A stretch of 64,000 nucleotides of DNA from an uncultured Candidatus Saccharibacteria bacterium. Lineage in GTDB: Bacteria; Patescibacteriota; Minisyncoccia; UBA6257; GWB1-50-10. Position numbers and translations under genes: made by a program. The stretch is taken from assembly GCA_964365955.1 (NCBI GenBank), contig CAYISA010000004.1:2939-66938 (forward strand). The letters run 5' to 3'. Shown here in pieces: positions 56,533-64,000 of the stretch (position 1 is the first letter of the stretch; each line of letters opens with the position of its first letter). Below the pieces are notes generated by a model. It made no database searches, was not told where the DNA came from, and saw nothing but the letters and a program-made list of their open reading frames with translations.

Positions 56533-59500
56533 ATGCGTAAATTTCGTTCCGTTTTTGCCTTTATCTTTATTCTGCTTCTCTCGCCGGGTTTTGGTTCTCC
56601 CAAAATTGCCGAAGCCGCAACCTACACTTTTACGCAGACCAACTGGAGCGGATCTGCGGATACTCCCGGGAGTCCAACCATTTTATTAAACGGTCCTAAT
56701 AATACCGGGGCAACCAGTTTTGCAACCAGCAGTTCCAATATAACACGTTCTGCAACTGCCGTCACAACCCAGTTTGCAACAGGGAGTATTACACAGACTG
56801 ATGACACAACGAGTGTCACTGGGTTCAACTATACCGGTAAAACATTTACATCAACGACCATTTCCGGAACCGGAAGCGCCGCGAAAATTATTTTGGGCAC
56901 GGCGCTCTATCCGAAGGCGGATATGGTGCGGGGGAATCAAGGTGGTCTTTTTGCTTACTATGCAAATTCCGCCGGAACGTTTGGGTCCGGTTCTTTTTTT
57001 GGGCCGGATGCCGGTAGTCAGACAAATCCAGAACTTGTGGATATTGATAACGATGGCGATCTCGATATTATTTATTCGATTTCGACCCAAAATCCGAATA
57101 TCGGTGTTTTAGAAAACCAAGGTACCGCACAATCCTCAAATTTTGTTTCCGTAACCACGCTTAGTAAATTAGGTTCAGTAGCTGCTAATTATGATATGAA
57201 TGTATTGGAATCTAAGGTGGGGGTTGGAGATGTCAATCATGATGGTCTCTTTGATATTGTTATTGGGAAAAACGGCGGCCAACTCGATCTTTTATTGAAT
57301 GTGGGCACGCTCGGATCGCCATCCTTTTCTCTTACGACGTTCTGGTTAAATGCTTTTGACTTTGGGACAGGCATTGATCCGTCTTTTGCGGACATCAATC
57401 GCGATGGGTGGGATGACCTTATATTAGGAGAGAGTACGGGAAAACTGAACGTGTACTATAACACCAAAAACACAGCGACCGTACATACACTCTTTAGCAC
57501 AACGCCGAGTTTAGCGAATTGGTTGTGTGGTACTGGTCAAATTTGTGATGTTGGCAGCGATTCGTCGATAGATTTCGGCGATATAAATGGAGACGGGGAC
57601 ACTCTTGATCTTGCGGTAGGAAATAATGGCGGAAGTGGTGGTGGCTATGTCTATTTTTATCTACACACCAGTTCTACGCACACCTGGGCATCGTCGCAGA
57701 ACCTTTCTATTAATGATTATCCACTTGCGCCTGCATTGGGTGACTTAAATAACGACCTGAATTATTACGGAAACGGGTCGTACACATCCGGTGTTTTGGA
57801 TACGGGTCAAGCGGCTACGTTTTCTACGGTTAGTTTCGTTTCCTCGACTCCTGCCAACACTCAATTATCTATACAACTGCGCGCAGGGAATGTGGCAACC
57901 GTGGATGGTACCTGGACGGGCTGGCAAGCGCTTTCGGGGAGTGGCGCGACTGTTCCCGTGGGGCTAAACAGTGCCACACACCGGTACGTGCAGTATCAGG
58001 CAATTGCTACAACCACCAATGCGCTTGTCACGCCATCACTCGACTCTATCACCATCAATTATGGCTGGCAGAGGAACGACTACCTGATCTCGAACATTTT
58101 TGATGCTTCCTCTACGTACAACTTTCTGACCAGTTTAACCTGGAATGAATCTCCCTCTTCAAATAATGCGGTAGCTGTTTCCCTGCGCAGCAGTAGCACC
58201 AGCGCCTGGCTCAATTCAGCTGCAACCTCTACCGCGTGGGTTGATTTTACCAGTTCTACTGCGGGGCGTACGCTTACCACTAGCACGCTTGGCGGTACCA
58301 CCACATCTATTTCGATTGCGGCAATTTCTTCATTACGAACCGGAAATGATGATAGATTTTTCCAGTATAAATTTTCATTTACTACGAATAGCACCAGCAC
58401 CCCAACCATCTCTTACATGCGGGTGGGGTTTGCGGTGAACGCCGCACCCGGCGTTTCGATTGCAAATGCGTATCAATCCACTTCAACGGATTCCACGTGG
58501 GGGAAAGTGTATACCACCTATACTGTGACGGACACCGATACCCCCGCTCCGCGCGTCACGAGCACGCTCCAGTACAGCACGGGTACCGCATGGTCTACTT
58601 TTGGGACTGTCGCGAATACCGTTTCTTACACGACAACCACCATATGGCTTGCCACGACGACGGTCCCAAACACGTACGCGAGCGCGATGCAGATTCGCGT
58701 CACGGTGAATGATGGCGAATCAGTAAACGCGACAACCACCGCGACGAGTTCCGCGTTTGAGTTTGATTCAAAACGCCCGACTATCTCTACATTCCAGCTC
58801 AATTCGCAGACTGACCGACTTACTATTTCTTCTTCCGACAACACCACAACGACGATGCATTTTTATGATTCTGTGACGGATACGGGGTGGATCGCGGCGA
58901 CTACCTCGCGCGCGTGGACACCTGTGTTGAGTAGTGACAATACGGAGTTGGTGAATCTCCAGGTGCGTGACTACTACGGAAATATCAGCACCTCTTCCGC
59001 AAAAGCGCCTGCCGCGCCCGCAGGCGTCACGATTACGGACACTTCAACGGGCGGAACATGGTCGGAACGCATTAATTGGACCGCATACACCACGGCAACC
59101 AGCGGCGTTGCATTTTCGAAGTACCAAGTTTATCGCGCCACCTCAAGCGGAGGTACCTACTCACAGATTGGTGTGGATATCGTGGACAGTGCAATTAATT
59201 TCTATGTGGACTCCGGGCTTTCTACGACTACAACGTACTATTATAAGGTTGCTGTTATAGATAGTGATGGAGATGCGTCTAACTTTTCTTCAATTGTTTA
59301 TGACCAGCCCGATGCGGGTACCAGCGTACAATTTAGTTCTGCGAGCGCGACCGGTGGGGAAGGAACAAGTGCCGTAACGGTCCTCATCGCACTCTCGGGA
59401 GTTTCCATGAGTCCGGTCACCGTAAATTATGCGGTTGTCACGGCTTCATCAACGGCAACGGGCGGAGGCGTGGACTACACGTTTACAAATGGCACGGCAA

Positions 59501-62500
59501 CCATTGCCGCCGGGGCTACTTCCACATCCGTGGCACTCACGATTGCAAATGATGAAATTTACGAAGGCGACGAGACGGTTGTTCTCGCACTTACAAGCCC
59601 CTCCGGCGCTACGCTTGGTACGAATACCAGTTATACCTATACCATCACGGACAGTTCTTCGCCGCCCGCCGTCACGTTCTCGACGTCATCGTCAAACATC
59701 AACGAGGGATTCTCCGGAACTTTTTCCGTGCGGCTTTCCGCGGCGTCCGGAGTCACCACCACCGTTCCCTTCACCGTGAGTAGTACGGCGACGAATTACA
59801 CCATTACACCAAGTCCGGTTGTGATCTCTCCGAGTGCCACATCTAGCACTATAACTATTACTACGACGGATAATAATACGTATACGGGAAATAAAACCGT
59901 GATTGCGACGATGGGAACTCCGATAAACGCGAACGCGGGTTCGCCGGCAGTTCACACCGCAACCATTATTGAAGCCACGCAGACCCCGGTGCTTTCGATC
60001 GGAAACGCGTCGCAAAACGAAGGAAACAGCGGGACCTCGACCATGAGTTTTACCGTTTCACTCACCGACGCTTCCGCGCAGACGATCACGGTGGATTACA
60101 CAACCGCTGACGGCACCGCAACCGCGGGAAGCGACTACACGGCCGCAACAGGAACACTCACTTTTTCGCCGGGGCAGACATCCAAAACAGTATCCATCAC
60201 AATCTTTGGCGACACTATTTACGAAGGTAATGAAACATTCACCGTAACGCTTTCGAACGCTTCACCCACCTCTACTCCTATTAGTACTGCAATCGGCACT
60301 GGGACTATTCTAAACGACGAAACTATCTCTACCATCCAATTTAATGGGGTAAATATTTCAAATTCAGAAACCACAACTTCTTATTCCATTCCGCTTGTCC
60401 TTTCTCCCGCGTCCGGAAGCACCGTGACCGTAAGTTACGCGACGAGTGGAACGGCAGTCCCGACAACGGATTACACGCTCACCACCGCGTCGCCGGTTTC
60501 GATTTCCGCGGGGGCGACGACGTCTTCTATTAATCTCACCATTGTGGATGACTCACTCTATAGTGGGGACCGCACTCTTGCGCTTACTCTTTCAAGTCCG
60601 TCCTCCAACGCGCAGTTGGGCGCGAGCACGACATTTTCTTACACGATTCAGGACGATGAAACCATGCCGCAGGCAACGATTTCGAGTGCCTCGACAACGG
60701 AAGGAAATTCCGGGACCACCACCCTCACGTTTCCGGTGATCTTGTCCGGTGGGAGCCGATCTACCACAACGGTTGCGTATGCAACTGCGAATGGCACTGC
60801 AACCGCCGGAAGCGATTACACCGCCGCAACCGGGACACTCACGTTTTCGCCGGGGCAGACGTCACAATCCATCAACGTGACGATTATCGGAGACATTCAT
60901 TACGAGTCCGATGAAACATTTGCGGTGACACTCTCGAGTCCTTCTGGGATCACGATTGCGCAAGGAACGGCGACCGGGACAATTGTAAATGATGATTCAC
61001 AGCCGTCGCTTGCTATCAACGATGTTGTAGCGACGACGGAAGGAAATAGCGGAACTTCACAGATGACATTCACCGTTACTCTTTCCGGAACCACTTCTGG
61101 GACCACAACGGTTGCATTTACGACGGTAGACGGTACCGCAACAGTCGCAAATAACGACTACACAGCGAATTCAGGGACACTAACATTTTCTTCCGGCCAA
61201 ACCACCAAAACAATCGATGTCACAATCGCTGGAGATACCACCTATGAAGCCGACGAGGTCTTTAATGTAGTTCTTTCGAACCCTTCCGGCGCCGTTTTGG
61301 GTGATGATACCGGGCTTGGGACGATTACGAATGATGATACCGCGCCCACCATACAGTTCGGAGTCCAATCATCCAATGGGCGGGAAAGCAGTACCACCGT
61401 TTCCGTTGCAGTATCCTTGTCGGCGCCGTCCAGCCAGAATATTACGGTTTCTTTCGCGGCGACCGGCGGAACCGCAACCGTGGTTGACGATTATTCGCTT
61501 GCGAGCAGTTCTATTACCATTCCCGCGGGTTCGTCGCAGGGGACTTTTACGCTTACGGTAGTAAACGATGAGCTACAGGAACCGGATGAAACTGTGATTC
61601 TTACGCTATCGAGCCCCATAAACGCGACGCTCGGAAGCGTGCAAACCTATACGTACACGATTGTAAACGATGATGTGATTTCCGCCGTAACGATTTCTAG
61701 CGTGTATTCCACCATCGCGAAAGTGACGTGGACGACAACGCTCGCGGGCACGACCGTTGTTCAGTACGGATTAAGCATTGATAATTTGAATCTTACAAAA
61801 TCCTATAACGATTCAGTGACGTCGCACATCGCCTATCTGGCAAACCTTTCGCCGGGCACTACTTATTATCTGAAGGTTATTTCTGTGGATACGACCGGCG
61901 CTACGAATACCGACGATAACCACAGTGCAGGATATACCTTTACCACAAACAATGGAGCCGTGATTACCGGAGTCGGAAGCGCGAACGTGCGGGATGTGAC
62001 GGCGGACATCACATGGACAACCAGCAAGGCCGCGACCGCCGGCGTGTTTTATTCCACAACGTCATCACTCGCAAACAGTACCGAGGTGAGCACCACAACA
62101 ATCCCGCAGGAAAATTACACACAAACCATCTATCTTACGGGGCTGACTCCGCAGACCACCTATTTTTATAAAGTGCGATCCATCGATACGGACGGAAACA
62201 TCGCGGAAGAATGGAATTCAGGCGCTTACTATTCGCTCACCACAACAGCGGATCAAACTCCTCCGGTTATCTCGAATATCCAGACACCGGTTCGTACACT
62301 CGATTCCATCGTCGTGACGTGGCAAACCAATGAAGGTGCCACGGGGATTGTGAATTATGGGACAAGTACCGGTTCATATCCCTCTTCTACAACCCTCGAT
62401 TCATCCTTGAGTACCACCCACAGCGCGGTTTTGTTGAACCTTACCGGCAATATCACCTATTACTACACCATCACATCAGCGGATACGCTCGGTAACTCGA

Positions 62501-63984
62501 CTACCACGGCGGAGCAAACGGCGGACACAACCGTGACAAGTAACATCGAATATATTCATACGGGAAGCGGGGGCGTTTCGGCGGAAGTTTACAGTCTTTT
62601 ACAGGATGAGTTGAAGAAACTACAGGATCAGTATCAGAAAGTCGCGGGATTAGACGACACGACGCCGCCGGTGATCGAAAGTGTGCGCAGCGAGGACGTA
62701 AAAGCATTCACAGCGTCGGTAAAGTGGAAAACCAATGAGCCCGCCACCTCATTTTTGGAGTATGGCGAAACAGCCGCTTATGGCCTGACCGCGGGTTCTC
62801 CCGAGTTGGTGATGGATCATGCGTTTGGATTGAAGAGCCTAAAATTGGGGACTACTTATCACTTCCGCGCCATCTCGGCGGACAAAGCCGGCAACCGAGC
62901 CACATCGAACGACTATACATTTACCACGCAGTTCGCGGCAGAGGCGGCCGAAGATCTGGTTCGTACGGGTGACATCGAACAGTTTCAGGACAAGCTAGAA
63001 AAAATTATCGAGTCCATGACGCCATCGCTCGTCCCGCCAATTATTTTGGAAGTGAAAGTTGCGAGTACCACGGAAACAAGCGCGGTTGTCACATGGAGAA
63101 CAAATATCGACAGCACGTCAATTGTGGCGCTCGCGGAGGGAGAAAAATATAAAGCGGATACAACGAATCCCTACACGTCGGAGTTCGTAAAGACGGGGGA
63201 AAAATCAAAAACACATGCCGTGGAACTGCAAGATTTGAAGGTCGGGGCAACCTATCATTTTCAGGTTAAGTCGCAGAATGTTTTGGGTGTCGCGGGGAAG
63301 GGGAAGGACATGATTTTTAGCACAAAATTTGGCAAGCCGGATCTTGTGATAGCGAACGTGGGTCAGGTTCAAGCGAACATAAAATGGACGACGGATCGCA
63401 AGACAACGTCCTACGCGGAATATAAAGAAGTGAAGACCGGAAAAATTATGCGCGCGGGCGACGATATTTTAACGGGTGTACACATTTTACAACTGGGGGG
63501 TCTTGCACAGGACACCACCTATGAAGTGCGCGGATATGGTACGGATGAAAGAGAAAACACATTGGAAACCGTTACACGCAGATTCCGAACGCTTATTGAT
63601 ACCAAACCACCAACTGTTTCGGGCGTAAAGATCGAAAACGCCATCATGCCAAACCGCACCGACCGGCTTCAGACCATTGTGTTTTGGAAAACCGATGAAC
63701 CCGCCACATCCCAGATCTCCTATCAAGAAGGCATCGGGCAGGGGAACGTCCTATCCCAACAGTCGGTACTGGACACCGATCTGGTGACCGATCACGCCGT
63801 CATTTTAACCACCTTTAAACCGTCCACCGTTTACCGCGTACAAGTAACTTCCAAAGATGCCAGTGGAAATGTGGGGACTTCGAAGATACAATCGATTCTT
63901 ACGCCGCAAAAAGGAGAGTCCATCATCGATATCATCTCGCGCAACTTCGAACAGTCATTCCAGTGGCTCAAACAACTCCGTTAA
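56533..63984 (+). CDS. Giant secreted/surface protein (FG-GAP repeats, Calx-beta repeats, FN3-like repeats)
   Basis: Signal peptide (MRKFRSVFAFIFILLL...AEA); DIDNDGDLD, DVNHDGLFD, DINRDGWDD, DINGDGD repeats; TATAGSDY..EGNETF Calx-beta repeats; W.T..PA / L.PGTTYY FN3-like repeats; very Thr/Ser-rich. Confidence 0.88.
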   Translation: MRKFRSVFAFIFILLLSPGFGSPKIAEAATYTFTQTNWSGSADTPGSPTILLNGPNNTGATSFATSSSNITRSATAVTTQFATGSITQTDDTTSVTGFNYTGKTFTSTTISGTGSAAKIILGTALYPKADMVRGNQGGLFAYYANSAGTFGSGSFFGPDAGSQTNPELVDIDNDGDLDIIYSISTQNPNIGVLENQGTAQSSNFVSVTTLSKLGSVAANYDMNVLESKVGVGDVNHDGLFDIVIGKNGGQLDLLLNVGTLGSPSFSLTTFWLNAFDFGTGIDPSFADINRDGWDDLILGESTGKLNVYYNTKNTATVHTLFSTTPSLANWLCGTGQICDVGSDSSIDFGDINGDGDTLDLAVGNNGGSGGGYVYFYLHTSSTHTWASSQNLSINDYPLAPALGDLNNDLNYYGNGSYTSGVLDTGQAATFSTVSFVSSTPANTQLSIQLRAGNVATVDGTWTGWQALSGSGATVPVGLNSATHRYVQYQAIATTTNALVTPSLDSITINYGWQRNDYLISNIFDASSTYNFLTSLTWNESPSSNNAVAVSLRSSSTSAWLNSAATSTAWVDFTSSTAGRTLTTSTLGGTTTSISIAAISSLRTGNDDRFFQYKFSFTTNSTSTPTISYMRVGFAVNAAPGVSIANAYQSTSTDSTWGKVYTTYTVTDTDTPAPRVTSTLQYSTGTAWSTFGTVANTVSYTTTTIWLATTTVPNTYASAMQIRVTVNDGESVNATTTATSSAFEFDSKRPTISTFQLNSQTDRLTISSSDNTTTTMHFYDSVTDTGWIAATTSRAWTPVLSSDNTELVNLQVRDYYGNISTSSAKAPAAPAGVTITDTSTGGTWSERINWTAYTTATSGVAFSKYQVYRATSSGGTYSQIGVDIVDSAINFYVDSGLSTTTTYYYKVAVIDSDGDASNFSSIVYDQPDAGTSVQFSSASATGGEGTSAVTVLIALSGVSMSPVTVNYAVVTASSTATGGGVDYTFTNGTATIAAGATSTSVALTIANDEIYEGDETVVLALTSPSGATLGTNTSYTYTITDSSSPPAVTFSTSSSNINEGFSGTFSVRLSAASGVTTTVPFTVSSTATNYTITPSPVVISPSATSSTITITTTDNNTYTGNKTVIATMGTPINANAGSPAVHTATIIEATQTPVLSIGNASQNEGNSGTSTMSFTVSLTDASAQTITVDYTTADGTATAGSDYTAATGTLTFSPGQTSKTVSITIFGDTIYEGNETFTVTLSNASPTSTPISTAIGTGTILNDETISTIQFNGVNISNSETTTSYSIPLVLSPASGSTVTVSYATSGTAVPTTDYTLTTASPVSISAGATTSSINLTIVDDSLYSGDRTLALTLSSPSSNAQLGASTTFSYTIQDDETMPQATISSASTTEGNSGTTTLTFPVILSGGSRSTTTVAYATANGTATAGSDYTAATGTLTFSPGQTSQSINVTIIGDIHYESDETFAVTLSSPSGITIAQGTATGTIVNDDSQPSLAINDVVATTEGNSGTSQMTFTVTLSGTTSGTTTVAFTTVDGTATVANNDYTANSGTLTFSSGQTTKTIDVTIAGDTTYEADEVFNVVLSNPSGAVLGDDTGLGTITNDDTAPTIQFGVQSSNGRESSTTVSVAVSLSAPSSQNITVSFAATGGTATVVDDYSLASSSITIPAGSSQGTFTLTVVNDELQEPDETVILTLSSPINATLGSVQTYTYTIVNDDVISAVTISSVYSTIAKVTWTTTLAGTTVVQYGLSIDNLNLTKSYNDSVTSHIAYLANLSPGTTYYLKVISVDTTGATNTDDNHSAGYTFTTNNGAVITGVGSANVRDVTADITWTTSKAATAGVFYSTTSSLANSTEVSTTTIPQENYTQTIYLTGLTPQTTYFYKVRSIDTDGNIAEEWNSGAYYSLTTTADQTPPVISNIQTPVRTLDSIVVTWQTNEGATGIVNYGTSTGSYPSSTTLDSSLSTTHSAVLLNLTGNITYYYTITSADTLGNSTTTAEQTADTTVTSNIEYIHTGSGGVSAEVYSLLQDELKKLQDQYQKVAGLDDTTPPVIESVRSEDVKAFTASVKWKTNEPATSFLEYGETAAYGLTAGSPELVMDHAFGLKSLKLGTTYHFRAISADKAGNRATSNDYTFTTQFAAEAAEDLVRTGDIEQFQDKLEKIIESMTPSLVPPIILEVKVASTTETSAVVTWRTNIDSTSIVALAEGEKYKADTTNPYTSEFVKTGEKSKTHAVELQDLKVGATYHFQVKSQNVLGVAGKGKDMIFSTKFGKPDLVIANVGQVQANIKWTTDRKTTSYAEYKEVKTGKIMRAGDDILTGVHILQLGGLAQDTTYEVRGYGTDERENTLETVTRRFRTLIDTKPPTVSGVKIENAIMPNRTDRLQTIVFWKTDEPATSQISYQEGIGQGNVLSQQSVLDTDLVTDHAVILTTFKPSTVYRVQVTSKDASGNVGTSKIQSILTPQKGESIIDIISRNFEQSFQWLKQLR

Positions 63985-64000
63985 TTCTTGACTTTTTACG

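Overview
Chromosomal segment of a small-genome bacterium, most likely Patescibacteria/CPR (Parcubacteria-like; inferred from gene content and protein style; genetic code 11). In order it carries: a type IV pilus locus (pilB, pilC, two pilin-like genes) linked to a lipid-linked glycosylation set (GT-C/PMT-like, GtrA, GT2, galT) and a TraG/VirD4-like ATPase; a complete diversity-generating retroelement (DGR) between galT and tpiA; housekeeping genes (tpiA, rodA, mltG, rpoBC, rpsF-ssb-rpsR, parA/parB, rplJL, mraZ-rsmH-ftsL-ftsI-murF, gyrB, secE-nusG-rplK, tmk-like, gatB, miaA, thrS, dnaE, rnhB); three tRNAs (Leu-CAA, Val-CAC, Glu-CTC); a convergently encoded ABC permease/ATPase pair; and a 2483-aa surface protein. 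The DGR is the strongest signal: TR 12889-13030 and VR 12427-12568 differ at 24 of 142 nt by hand alignment, every difference at a TR adenine. It also has an antisense avd gene overlapping the RT start next to a G9 tract, and a structured leader upstream of TR with two identical cUACGg-capped hairpin tips on different stems. Other notable non-coding signals: a (TC)7 repeat in the spacer of a consensus promoter (candidate phase variation), a perfect 29-bp palindromic bidirectional promoter, a long imperfect hairpin behind a strong promoter between parA and parB, a family of small tandem-GA hairpin repeats, a DnaA-box cluster before mraZ, and many near-leaderless genes. All alignments and structures were read by eye; no database searches were run.
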